Origin: Octopus vulgaris | Taxonomy: Eukaryota | Reading direction: 5' to 3' | DNA: 64,000 nucleotides | NCBI GenBank assembly: GCA_951406725.2 | Contig: OX597841.1 | Location: forward strand, 5,208,001-5,272,000 | Shown here: positions 1 through 12,299 of the stretch, piece by piece | Layout of the letters: each line of letters opens with the position of its first letter | Numbering within the stretch: the first letter of the stretch is position 1 | Position numbers and translations under genes: made by a program | The notes under the pieces: model-generated | Told to the model about the DNA's origin: nothing | Database searches by the model: none | The model's input: only the letters and a program-made list of their open reading frames with translations

Positions 1-185
1 TACAGCCACGCCTGCACCTATATGTCACACTTGTGCCTACGGATACATTTCCTATAACATTTTACGCAAACCTTCAGTGCACACAATTGCAGCGTGGAAG
101 GTGTTTAAAAGCCATTTAAGAAACACACAAAAACCGTTAGATTCTCTTCAACATTTAAATTTAATTTGTCTGCAGCACGGAGTTT

Positions 186-608
186 GGCAATCTTTCGTCT
201 CTAGTAGACCTTTCCGTCGATTTCCGTAAAACATTTTTTTTTTTTTACATATGGGCTTGCGGGAACTTTTGAAGTAATGAGAGCGAAAGAGACCAAGAGA
301 AAGCGATTGTATGACGAGGGAAGTTCTTTTGAAGTTACCGTGCATGGGACACATTGATGGACATGTGTGTGTGTGTGTGTTTGATGGGGTGTGAGAGACA
401 GACAATATGTTGTGTAAGTGAAGTGCTTCTGTTAGTGTGTGTGAAGAGACAGAGTAATGTGTGAAAGAAAGAGATAACTGAAATTTTTTACTCGGTGTAT
501 GTGTATATGTATGTATATTACTTTAAAAGTTCCCGCAAGCCCATATGTAAAAAAAAATAATTTTTTACGGAAATCGACGGAAAGGTCTACTAGAGACGAA
601 AGATCGCC
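186..608. mobile_element. Merlin-like MITE (copy 1 of 4)
   Basis: ~90-bp TIRs (GGCAATCTTTCGTCTCTAGTAGACC... / ...CTACTAGAGACGAAAGATCGCC); near-identical copies at 11852, 36936 and 45750; GG termini, 8-bp TSD seen at the 36936 copy; no TSD here. Confidence 0.8.
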
Positions 609-619
609 CTAACGGCTTT

Positions 620-1190
620 TGTGTAGAATAGAATATCAATGTCTGATTAGCAGCATCAAGACATTTTACATTATTCACACCCAACTACTTTTACTCAAAT
701 ATCTACTATCATAGCTTACCTGTTATGCTACATGAATCAGGGTTTATAGTGAAATATATTGAATTACACAAGAGAAAGGTTTGGTGGTTCCATAAGGCCT
801 TCGAAGTCGAAGTAAACTTTCACGACGGAAATTATAAAAACCGACTTGGACACAGAAACGACGAAACGTATTAAGATTCTGTTTCTAAGCCACGACCAAA
901 ATACATAGGTATTATTTTTTTTTTTGTGAAATTCAATTCAGAATAGGCAAAAAGTCATTGTTGAACGTATTGGAATTATTCAAATGTTATTTCAAATATA
1001 AACAAAAGTAGAATTCTGTAAATTTCCCTGTGATAGGCTTGCAACAGTGTCGGGACATACAAAATGATTTCGTTCCGCATATGTTTCTAAAAATTGAAAT
1101 ATCGATCTTGATTTCAATGAGTTCAAAGAACGAACGAAGCTTTACTCCCAGTTTAGATGAGAATCTAAAAAAAGTCATTATACAGGAGGT
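620..1190 (-). promoter_or_regulatory. ZNF promoter/non-coding exon-1 module (gene body presumably left of the window or lost)
   Basis: Homologous to modules at 11060-11700, 12300-13600 and 62860-63600; retains minus-strand donor CAG|GTAAG at 719. Confidence 0.6.
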
Positions 1191-1237
1191 GAAGAACGAG
1201 GACCCCAGGTAGCAATGTCGAGGGATTTTTACGATCC

Positions 1238-1474
1238 TTTTGTTCTTTTGTTTCAGTCATTTGACAGTGGCCATGCTGGAGCACAACCTCGAAGAGTTTT
1301 ATTCGAATAAATCGACCCCAGGACTTATTTCTTCAGCCTAGTACTTATTCTATCGGTGTCTTTTGCTAACCCACTAGTTAACGGGGAGGTAAACACACCA
1401 AACACCGGTTGCCAAGCGGTGACGGGTGGGGAACACAAACGCACGCACGCACATACATACATACATACATACAT

Positions 1475-1527
<53 letters not shown>

Positions 1528-2062
1528 GACAGACACACACACAGACAGACACACACACATACATACATACATACATATATGTGGCGTAACTTCGGTATTA
1601 GTACCGGATACATATGGGGGGCTAGGGTTAGGGATGGGAGAAAAGGCTTTCTGTTATCTTCAGAAATATAAACAAAGTCACGTGTGTACTTATACCGAAG
1701 GATCGCCATATATATATACACACACACACACACATATATATATATATGTATATGGTGGCTGCCCCCTCGCTATTGAGTATGGCTATTTCATGAAGCTTAA
1801 TCAATGTTGTTATCGTGCAATGCCTGTGCAAGAAGATTTTTTTTTAAATTGCAGAAAGGCTGTGCACTGAGTCAATCCCACTCACTAAGCAACAGCAGCC
1901 ACAATCCGACATACATACATACACACAAACAGGCTTCTTTTGAGCTTCTGTCTACCAAATCCGAAGGCTATAGTAGAAGAAACTTGCCCAAGGTGCTGCA
2001 CAGTGGGACTGAACCCGGAACCATGTGGTCGAGACGCAAGCTTCTTACCACACGGCCACACA
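1238..2062 (-). mobile_element. Diverged tRNA/CORE-type SINE (family A) interrupted by (ACAT)n/(AC)n and an insertion
   Basis: Tail at 1240-1440 and head (GGGACTGAACCCGG, rc B box) at 1930-2060 match family A copies. Confidence 0.7.
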
Positions 2063-2875
2063 TTTCATTATTTCCCTTATCGGTGTTTAAAGTTGTGTTG
2101 CAAAACTTTTGTACCATGGATTAGCCACGATAGAAATAGATTAGGGAAGGGCTCAAACCGAGTGAAATTGTAATCATGGTAGGTACTAGTGTCACACGAC
2201 TGGCAACCATACTGGGGGCATGTGAAAATGCCCATTATATTTTTGGAGTGGTTGGCATTAGGAAGGGCACGTAGCCATAGGAACCGTACCAAATTACTCT
2301 GGAGTCTGATGCAGCCCCTCAGTTTACTCGCCCTGGTCTAACCATCTAATCCTTGCCAGCATAGACAACAGATGTTAAATGATGATGATGATGATCTATA
2401 TACACAAAAGTACATGTACGCACACACATACATGAGCACAGGCATACGTGCGCGTATACATACATACGCACATGCGTACGTATGTACATACACACATATA
2501 TACGTATATATATTTGACCTGAACTAACTAGATGTAGGGAGGGGAAAAAATAAATAAATAACAAGTAATAGTAAAACAAAAGTTCTGTGATATAGAGATA
2601 AATGTCTGATAATAGGTTTTAGGGTTTTGTTTTGGGGGGTGAGGGTCGTAAATCACTTCCTAGTTTCGGCGGGGGGAGGTCGAAATTTGATATTATTGTG
2701 ATGAGTGGTCAGTCTACATCTATCCATCACTACAGGTTTATAACTTTATGTTTATAGTGTGTATGTACGTGCATATACACACACATACATATATACATAC
2801 ATACATACACAGGCGTATGTACGTACATACATACATACATGCGTGTATACATACATACACACACATATATATGAC

Positions 2876-3208
2876 GAACGAACTGTTACTTTCTCAGATG
2901 TAGCACAGATTTTTGTCAGTGAACAGGTCGCGGATTTTAGCGACGAAAGTATTTTGACAAATTAAACTTAAATGTTGAAGTGAATCGAACGGCTTCTGTG
3001 TGTTTCTTAAATGGCTTATAAACACCTTCCACACTGCAATTATATATATATATATATATATAAACCTTATTCAGCATGGATTTTTGTCAGTGAACAGGTC
3101 GCGGATTTTAGCGACGAAAATATTTTGATAAATTAAACTTAAATGTTGAAGTGAATCAAACGGCTTTTGTGTGTTTCTTAAATGGCTTATAAACACCTTC
3201 CACACTGC

Positions 3209-3243
<35 letters not shown>

Positions 3244-5588
3244 TTATTCAGCATGGATTTTTGTCAGTGAACAGGTCGCGGATTTTAGCGACGAAAATAT
3301 TTTGATAAATTAAACTTAAATGTTGAAGTGAATCAAACGGCTTCTGTGTGTTTCTTAAATGGCTTATAAACACCTTCCACACTGCAATTATATATATATA
3401 TATATATATATATAAACCTTATTCAGCATGGATTTTTGTCAGTGAACAGGTCGCGGATTTTAGCGACGAAAATATTTTGATAAATTAAACTTAAATGTTG
3501 AAGTGAATCAAACGGCTTTTGTGTGTTTCTTAAATGACTTATAAACACCTTCCACACTGCAATTATATATATATATATATATATATAAACCTTATTCAGC
3601 ATGGATTTTTGTCAGTGAACAGGTCGCGGATTTTAGCGACGAAAATATTTTGATAAATTAAACTTAAATGTTGAAGTGAATCGAACGGCTTTTGTGTGTT
3701 TCTTAAATGGATTATAAACACCTTCCACGCTGCAATTATATATATATATATATATAAACCTTATTCAGCATGGATTTTTGTCAGTGAACAGGTCGCGGAT
3801 TTAAAGCGACGAAAATATTTTGACAAATTAAACTTAAATGTTGAAGTGAATCGAACGGCTTTTGTGTGTTTCTTAAATGGCTTATAAACACCTTCCACAC
3901 TGCAATTATATATATATATATATATAAACCTTATTCAGCATGGATTTTTGTCAGTGAACAGGTCGCGGATTTTAGCGACGAAAATATTTTGACAAATTAA
4001 ACTTAAATGTTGAAGTGAATCGAACGGCTTTTGTGTGTTTCTTAAATGGCTTACAAACACCTTCCACGCTGCAATTATATATATATATATATATATATAA
4101 ACCTTATTCAGCATGGATTTTTGTCAGTGAACAGGTCGCGGATTTTAGCGACGAAAATATTTTGATAAATTAAACTTAAATGTTGAAGTGAATCGAACGG
4201 CTTTTGTGTGTTTCTTAAATGGCTTATAAACACCTTCCACGCTGCAATTATATATATATATATATAAACCTTATTCAGCATGGATTTTTGTCAGTGAACA
4301 GGTCGCGGTCTTAAAGCGACGAAAATATTTTGACAAATTAAACTTAAATGTTGAAGTGAATCGAACGGCTTTTGTGTGTTTCTTAAATGGCTTATAAACA
4401 CCTTCCACACTGCAATTATATATATATATATATATACCTTATTCAGCATGGATTTTTGTCAGTGAACAGGTCGCGGATTTTAGCGACGAAAATATTTTGA
4501 CAAATTAAACTTAAATGTTGAAGTGAATCGAACGGCTTTTGTGTGTTTCTTAAATGGCTTATAAACACCTTCCACACTGCAATTATATATATATATATAT
4601 ATACCTTATTCAGCATGGATTTTTGTCAGTGAACAGGTCGCGGATTTTAGCGACGAAAATATTTTGATAAATTAAACTTAAATGTTGAAGTGAATCGAAC
4701 GGCTTTTGTGTGTTTCTTAAATGGCTTATAAACACCTTCCACGCTGCAATTATATATATATATATATAAACCTTATTCAGCATGGATTTTTGTCAGTGAA
4801 CAGGTCGCGGATTTTAGCGACGAAAATATTTTGACAAATTAAACTTAAATGTTGAAGTGAATCGAACGGCTTTTGTGTGTTTCTTAAATGGCTTATAAAC
4901 ACCTTCCACACTGCAATTATATATATATATATATATACCTTATTCAGCATGGATTTTTGTCAGTGAACAGGTCGCGGATTTTAGCGACGAAAATATTTTG
5001 ACAAATTAAACTTAAATGTTGAAGTGAATCGAACGGCTTTTGTGTGTTTCTTAAATGGCTTATAAACACCTTCCACACTGCAATTATATATATATATATA
5101 TATACCTTATTCAGCATGGATTTTTGTCAGTGAACAGGTCGCGGATTTTAGCGACGAAAATATTTTGACAAATTAAACTTAAATGTTGAAGTGAATCGAA
5201 CGGCTTTTGTGTGTTTCTTAAATGGCTTATAAACACCTTCCACACTGCAATTATATATATATATATATATATACCTTATTCAGCATGGATTTTTGTCAGT
5301 GAACAGGTCGCGGATTTTAGCGACGAAAATATTTTGACAAATTAAACTTAAATGTTGAAGTGAATCGAACGGCTTTTGTTTGTTTCTTAAATGGCTTATA
5401 AACACCTTCCACACTGCAATTATATATATATATATATAAACCTTATTCAGCATGGATTTTTGTCAGTGAACAGGTCGCGGATTTTAGCGACGAAAATATT
5501 TTGATAAATTAAACTTAAATATTGAAGTGAATCAAACGGCTTTTGTGTGTTTCTTAAATGGCTACAAACACCTTCCACGCTGCAATTA
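2876..5588 (+). repeat. Tandem array of 16 units (167-178 bp) derived from a Penelope-like terminal repeat
   Basis: GTCAGTGAACAGG recurs at 2915, 3086, 3263 ... 5462; unit length varies in the internal (TA)n; homologous to reverse complement of 13670-13820 and 14075-14410. Confidence 0.95.
3947..3996 (+). ncRNA. Minimal type-I hammerhead ribozyme-like motif (representative; one per array unit)
   Basis: TTTGTCA-GTGAACA-G-GTCGC(ggatttta)GCGAC-GAAA-ATAT-TT-TGACAAA: stem I, core with G3/C8, stem II, GAAA, palindromic mini stem III, UH, stem I'. Confidence 0.6.
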
Positions 5589-5599
5589 TTTTCTTATTT

Positions 5600-6310
5600 T
5601 TATTTTACTTGTTTCAGTCATTTGACTGTGGCCATGCTGGAGCACCGCCTTTAGTCGAGCAAATCGACCCCGGGACTTATTCTTTGTAAGCCCAGTACTT
5701 ATTCTATCGGTTTCTTTTTGCCGAACTACTAAGTGACGGGGATGTAAACACACCAGCATCGGTTGTCAAGCAATGCTAGGGGGACAAACACAGACACAAC
5801 ACATACATATATACGACAGGCTTCTTTCAGTTTCCGCCTACCAAATCCACTCACAAGGCATTGGTCGGTCCGGGGCTATAGCAGAAGACACTTGCCCAAG
5901 ATGCCACGCAGTGGGACTGAACCCAGAACCATGTGGTTGGTTAGCAAGCTACTTACCATGCAGCCACTCCTATACATATATACGACAGGCTTCTTTCAGT
6001 TTCCGTCTACCAAATCCACTCACAAGGCATTGATCGGCCCGGGGCTATAGCAGAAGACACTTGCCCAAGATGCCACGCAGTGGGACTGAACCCAGAACCA
6101 TGTGGTTGGTTAGCAAGCTACTTACCATGCAGCCACTCCTATACATATATACGACAGGCTTCTTTCAGTTTCCGTCTACCAAATTCACTCACAAGGCATT
6201 GATCGGCCTGGGGCTATAGCAGAAGACACTTGCCCAAGATGCCACGCAGTGGGACTGAACCCAGAACCATGTGGTTGGTTAGCAAGCTACTTACCACACA
6301 GCCACTCCTA
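5600..6310 (-). mobile_element. SINE family A with triplicated 169-bp head
   Basis: TACGACAGGCTTCTTTCAG at ~5812, 5981 and 6150; three A/B-box heads, one tail. Confidence 0.85.
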
Positions 6311-6319
6311 TATATATGT

Positions 6320-7000
6320 TTCAACACACGAACTCATATAAAGAATCTTGCAAACCAAATCCAAAAACGAAACAAAAATAAGAGCTAAGAAAAATAATTC
6401 AGAGCAGAAATTTGGCCAATACAGGCAAATAAAGTTATACAAAACACCATACACGATAAATTTATCATTTATTGAAACAATCATTGACAACCTGAATTGA
6501 TATGGTTTCTCTCCAGTATGAGTAAACATGTAACCATTTCAAGAGAATGATTTACCAAAGATATCACAAGGATGTAGCTTCTTTCTTGTATGGTTTTGTT
6601 AGTGTTCAACCAAGCAATCATTTTGAGAGAATAATTTACCACAGATATGACAGTGATATGGCCACTATCTTGTGTGAATACATTTGTGTAATGCCAAGTA
6701 AATACTTTGATAGAATGATCTACTACAGATAATAAAGTGATATGGTTTCTCTCTTGTGTGAATAAGTTTGTGTCTAGTTCAGTGCTTTTCAAACTTTTTG
6801 CTGAGAGAATGATTGACCACAGATTTCGCACTCATATGGTTTCTCTCCCGTATGACTACGTTTGTGTACAGTTAAATCAGAACTACCATAGAAGGATTGA
6901 CCACAGATATCACAATGATATGGCCTTTCTCGTTTATGAGTATGTCTGTGCCTAGTTAAGTGAGAATTTTGAGGAAATGATTCACCACAAATATCACACC
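6320..7000 (-). pseudogene. Fossil C2H2 fingers and 3'UTR of ZNF-A
   Basis: Frameshifted [15 protein letters not shown] repeats; 6800-7000 is a near-identical copy of 8270-8465; AATAAA (rc) at 6468-6473 in a block homologous to ZNF-B 18875-18935. Confidence 0.85.
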
Positions 7001-7170
7001 AAGGAACCCCAAGGAAACATTCCACTGGCTCGAGGAACCCCTGTGCAATAATTTAATTGTCTTATATGCACACATATCTGCACAGGAGAATTAAAAATTA
7101 TTGCCGATTTTAGCAATTTTGTAACTTCTTGCGGAACCCCTGGACTGTACTGGTGGAACCCTGGTTGAAA

Positions 7171-7557
7171 GTGTGGAAGCAATCCGTCGGTTACGACGAC
7201 GAGGGTTCCGGTTGATCCGAATCAACGGAACAGCCTGCTCGTGAAATTAACGTGTAAGTGGCTGAGCACTCCACAGACACGTGTACCCTTAACGTAGTTC
7301 TCGGGGATATTCAGCGTGACACAGAGAGTGACAAGGCTGGCCCTTTGAAATACAGGTACAACAGAAACAGGAAGTAAGAGTGAGAGAAAGTTGTGGTGAA
7401 AGAGTACAGCAGGGATCACCACCATCCCCTGCCGGAGCCTCGTGGAGCTTTTAGGCGTTTTCGCTCAATAAACACTCACAACGCCCGGTCTGGGAATCAA
7501 AACCGCGATCCTATGACCGCGAGTCCGCTGCCCTAACCACTGGGCCACTGTGCCTCC
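7171..7557 (-). mobile_element. tRNA-derived SINE family C nested in a hAT-like MITE remnant (6996-7578)
   Basis: rc head TGGAGGCACAGTGGCCCAGTGGTTAGGG; 13-bp TSD ACCCTGGTTGAAA at 7158-7170 and 7558-7570. Confidence 0.85.
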
Positions 7558-7621
7558 ACCCTGGTTGAAAACTACTGGTCTAGTTAATCGACTTGTTACA
7601 GAGAATGATTTTAACAGAATA

Positions 7622-8734
7622 TCAGTAATCTGGCTTCTCTCCTGAATGACCTAATTTGTGAACAGCCAAACAATCATTTCGAGGAAACGACTTACCACAG
7701 ATTTCACAGTGATTTGGCTTCTCTCCAGTATGAACATGTTTGTGTCTAGTTAACTCAGCATTAGTACAGAAGGATTTACCACAGATATCACAATGATATG
7801 GTTTGTCTCCTGAATGCCTTCGTTTGTGTATCATTAAGCAACCCTTCCGGGAAAATGATTTACCACAGATTTCGCAGTGATATGGTCTCTCTGCTGTGTG
7901 AATACGCTTGTGGAATGTTAATTGACCACTCTGAGAGAATGATCTACCGCAGATATCACAGCGATATGGTTTCTCTCCTGTATGAGTACGTTTGTGTTTA
8001 GTTAAATCACCACAACAAGAGAAGGATTTACCACAGATATCACATCCATATGGCTTCTCTCGTGTATGCGTATGCCTGTGCCTTGTTAAGTGAGAATTGT
8101 GAAGAAATGATTTATCACAAATATCACAGGGATATGGCTTCTCTCCTGTATGACTTCGTTTGTGTATAATTAAGCAATCCTTTCTAGGAAATGATTTATC
8201 ACAGATATCACAGTGAAATGGTTTCTCTCCTGTGTGAATGCGTTTGTGTAATGTTAATATACAACTTTGAGAGAATGATTGACCACAGATTTCGCACTCA
8301 TATGGTTTCTCTCCCGTATGACTACGTTTGTGTACAGTTAAATCAGAACTACTATAGAAGGATTGACCACAGATATCACAATGATATGGCCTTTTTCGTT
8401 TATGAGTATGTCTGTGCCTTGTTAAGTGAGAATTTTGAGGAAATGATTCACCACAAATATCACACCGATATGGTTTCTCTCCGGTATGAATATCCCTGTG
8501 CATTCTTAAGCTACCGCTTTCAGTGAATGATTTACCACAGATATCGCAGAGATATGATTTCTCTCCAGTATGAGTAGTTGTGTGTCTTTCTAAGTGCTCA
8601 CTTCTAGAGAATGATTTACCACAAATATCACAGTGATAAGATGTCCTCTGTTTCTTTTTATCACTGGAAAAATCAATGCTTTCAATCTGTAATTTAGACT
8701 TAAACTTATTCTCACATAATTCATTTTCCATCAT
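7622..8734 (-). CDS. C2H2 zinc-finger protein ZNF-A, 12 fingers, 370 aa
   Basis: 12 CxxC-x12-HxxxH units with TGEKPY-type linkers; ~32-aa leader [11 protein letters not shown] shared with the two paralogues; single coding exon. Confidence 0.93.
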   Translation of the reverse strand: MMENELCENKFKSKLQIESIDFSSDKKKQRTSYHCDICGKSFSRSEHLERHTTTHTGEKSYLCDICGKSFTESGSLRMHRDIHTGEKPYRCDICGESFPQNSHLTRHRHTHKRKRPYHCDICGQSFYSSSDLTVHKRSHTGEKPYECEICGQSFSQSCILTLHKRIHTGEKPFHCDICDKSFPRKDCLIIHKRSHTGEKPYPCDICDKSFLHNSHLTRHRHTHTREKPYGCDICGKSFSCCGDLTKHKRTHTGEKPYRCDICGRSFSQSGQLTFHKRIHTAERPYHCEICGKSFSRKGCLMIHKRRHSGDKPYHCDICGKSFCTNAELTRHKHVHTGEKPNHCEICGKSFPRNDCLAVHKLGHSGEKPDY

Positions 8735-8854
8735 TGTTCTTTCCTCACCACAATTCCCAGGTGTTTATCTTCTTAACATTTATATATTTTTATACTCATA
8801 AATATTTACATTTCTGTGATCTTCGTTAACATCATATGGGTTGTAAACTCCTGT

Positions 8855-9066
8855 TTAACTCTTTAGCATTCAGATTGTTCAGTCTAATGTATCATTTATT
8901 TGTTGTCGTTGTATTGTCTGAGAGCTTTGAAATTTTTATGAGGTAACTATTAAATTTTAGAATGATATTGTACAATAGGTGTGAGGAGCCACATCTGGCC
9001 AGTTTGAACATAAAACAGGTAGATTATTTTGGCCGGATGTGGCCGGTTTAAATACTAAAGGAATAA
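8855..9066. mobile_element. TTAA-flanked MITE in ZNF-A 5'UTR
   Basis: TTAACTCTTTAGCATT...AATACTAAAGGAATAA; absent from the homologous UTRs of ZNF-B and ZNF-C. Confidence 0.6.
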
Positions 9067-9283
9067 ATCCATCCAAGCTGCAAAATGGTCTTGTACATAT
9101 TCCAGGCAGTCAAGAAAAGAATTGTTGTTAACAATCTGAGTTCAGGGAAAATATTTGGCTGTAATATTCCAAAGATTTATATAAAGAGAGTTATATTTGT
9201 TCTGCATAAGATTTTCCTTTGAGTCTTTAAACAAGGATATTGATGATGTATACCATTCTTAGATGCCAATGTTGTTTGTTATT

Positions 9284-11163
9284 CTGAAATAGTAGAGAAA
9301 AAAACAGAATAAGACATAGCAGATACATAAAACAAATTCTAGTATATTTCTTATAGAAATAAACATTCACTTGAACAACTGAATCGTTTCCCTCTATTTT
9401 CAAGATGTAGATAAATAGTGTAGATAAAAAAAAAATGTGCAGAACAGGTATGGGTGTATGGTAAAGAAACTTATTTTCTAACCATGTGGTCTTGGGTTCA
9501 ATTCCACTTTGTGCAACTGACTTCTACATGTTAACCAAAGCCTTGTGCATGGATTTGGTAATTTTGTCGGCGTGAAAGCCTGTTGTGTGTACATTTTGTT
9601 CAGAAAATAATGTCTGATTTTTAAAATAAGCCTATATTCTTGAAAAACTGAACTTATACAAAGGTTTAATTATTGAAAATATGATCCCTGAACAGCTATG
9701 TATTTTCCTGATCAATTAACAATGGCTATAGCGGTACTACTTAAGAATTAAAACAAACGTTTGGGTGGAGTCGTATAAGTCGCTAACCTCGACTTTATTT
9801 CTTCATTTATTTTGGTGAAATGTGTAAACTATCGCCATGCTCATTTATCGCACCACATATCACATTCTAGTAAAATCGTAATGTACTCCATCAGAAAGGT
9901 GTTTATCGAAAATTTTATTTAAAAATATCCAGTGGGCTTATTAGAAACTAGCGGCAACGGTTAAAAATATTGAGTTTCAAACTCGCGACTACACGCACCG
10001 GGAGCAGTTCTCAAGTTACTGTTACTTCCCTGGGCATGGACACATTGAAACTCCGACGTCTGGCAGACACCCATAAAATTATCAACCATCTTACAAACAA
10101 TAACTCTGAGCCCCTTTTCAAACTCCACCCGTCTAACACCCGTGGACACATTTACAAAGTCAGAAAACAGCACAGCTCCCATGACTTTCAGAAACATTTT
10201 TTCACGCTGAGGGTTGCTGAAGCATGGAACAAACTGCCGGCATCAGTTGTTAGTTGTCGGAGCACTGCATCCTTCAAAACTTCCATGCTTTCTGAGATTC
10301 ACCAACACAACACCTGAATCATACAATTTTGCATTGTATAAGATGATTTCACATATGTTTGAAAGCTTTTAGTATCTTCAGATATTACATCATCAATATT
10401 TATCTTCTTTCCAAGGGTAAATGGACAGAGTTGCTGAAGCATGGAACAAACTGCCGGCATCAGTTGTTAGTTGTCGGAGCACTGCATCCTTCAAAACTTC
10501 CATGCTTTCTGAGATTCACCAACACTACACCTGATTTTCTCCCCTCCATACACACACAAGCATGTATCTGACTCATACACGGTTCACTTCCCAGACATTC
10601 GTACATTACTGCATATGCAGACACCCATAAAATTATTAATCATCTTATTAACAATAACTCTGAGCACCTTTTCAAACTCCACCTGTCTAACACCCGTGGA
10701 CATATTTACAAAGTCAGAAAACAGCACAGCTCCCATGACTTTAGGAAACATTTTTTCACGCTGAGAGTTGCTGAAGCATGAAACAAACTGCCAGCATCAG
10801 TTGTTAGTTGTCGGAGCACTGCATCCTTCAAAACTTCCATGCTTTCTGAGATCCGCCAACACTACACCTGATTTTCTCACCTCCATACATACACAAGCAT
10901 GTATCTGACTCATACATTGTTCACTTCCCAAACATTTGTACATTACTGCATACACTTTATACGCACTTTCTGACAAGTTGTGGTGCACCTGAGCACTGTA
11001 TACAATAATTTCATTATTATTATTATAAGTAGTACCATATATTTAATAATTGATTTTACCATGTGCTGAAAATAGAATTCATGTTAAAGTCTGACAAGCA
11101 ACACGTTTTACATTATACGTGTTCAACTACTTTTACTAAAATATTTGTATTATTATATCTTAC
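9284..11163 (-). other. 5'UTR intron of ZNF-A
   Basis: rc donor CAG|GTAAGA at 11163; polypyrimidine acceptor CTCTACTATTTCAG|AATAAC at 9284, conserved in paralogues. Confidence 0.7.
10020..11027 (+). mobile_element. CR1-type LINE 3' end, three overlapping duplicated pieces
   Basis: TRGHIYKVRKQ...FFTLRVAEAWNKLPASVVSCRSTASFK is a CR1 ORF2 C-terminal motif; (TTA)n tail at ~11013-11027. Confidence 0.8.
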
Positions 11164-11700
11164 CTGTTATGCAACACAAATCTGTGTTGATCGCGAAATA
11201 TCTTCAATTAGAACAATTACGTGTTGCAAAGCGTCATTCAACGCGAAAATAATTTTCACAATGCTAATGCTAAAAGTCGACTCGGAAACAGAAACAACGA
11301 AACGTACTTAGAGTCTATTTATAAACACCTAGAAATATATGTCTTATTTCTAAAACTTTTACTTTAAATTATACAAACAGTTGTGGTTAACTGTTCTGAA
11401 ACTGTATAAAACTTTACTTAAAATACAAACACAAGGTAATTCTGTGCATTTTCTTTATCAGCAATATCTGATCGACTGAGCATTGTCGGAAGGTACAATA
11501 AAACTTGGTGCTATCATTCTGAATATATTTCTGACAAAAAAATAGAGTATCAATCTAGTTTGACGTGAGTTCAAAAAACATATGAAGAATCATTCTCACT
11601 TTAAATGTGTTTCTCGGTATATATATATTGAAGACTACATATTTAATACTAGTTATTTTAGACATTCAATTAATGAAATCAGTTATTACTTTCGGGAATT
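11060..11700 (-). promoter_or_regulatory. ZNF-A promoter/non-coding exon-1 module
   Basis: One of four homologous modules; donor at 11163. Confidence 0.6.
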
Positions 11701-11851
11701 CCACTGCTGACTAAAATGGATCTTTTCTTTTGATAGCCAGAATTCAATACAATTTCTAGTTAACTAAACAATTTGAAACTTCGTATACTGGTAGAATGTG
11801 TCAAAAGAAAACATTATTTTCACTTGGGTTTTTTGATAAATTTGTAATTTG

Positions 11852-12264
11852 GGCGATCTTTCGTCTCTAGTAGACCTTTCCGTCAATTTCCGTAAAATTT
11901 TTTTTTTTATATATGGGCTTGCGGGAACTTTTGAAGTAATATACATACATATACACATACATCGAGTAAAAAATTTCAGTTATCTCTTTCTTTCACACAT
12001 TACTCTGTCTCTTCACACACACTAACAGAAGCATTTCACTTACACAACATACTGTCTGTCTCCCACACCCCATCAAACACGCACACACACATGTCCATCA
12101 ATGCTCCCATGCACGGTAACTTCAAAAGAACTTCCTCGTCATACAATCGCTTTCTCTTAGTCTCTTTCGCTCTCATTACTTCAAAAGTTCCCGCAAGCCC
12201 ATATGTAAAAAAAAAATTTTTTACGGAAATCGACGGAAAGGTCTACTAGAAACGAAAGATTGCC
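11852..12264. mobile_element. Merlin-like MITE (copy 2)
   Basis: Same TIRs, inverted relative to copy 1; lies between the head-to-head ZNF-A and ZNF-B modules. Confidence 0.8.
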
Positions 12265-12299
12265 AAAAGATCCACCAAAATACTTATTTTTATTTCCCA

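Noticed and set aside
1621-1633. TAGGGTTAGGG telomeric seed
   Set aside because: Fewer than two full units
2876-5588. CRISPR-like regular repeat array
   Set aside because: No unique spacers, only (TA)n length varies; eukaryotic context; no cas genes
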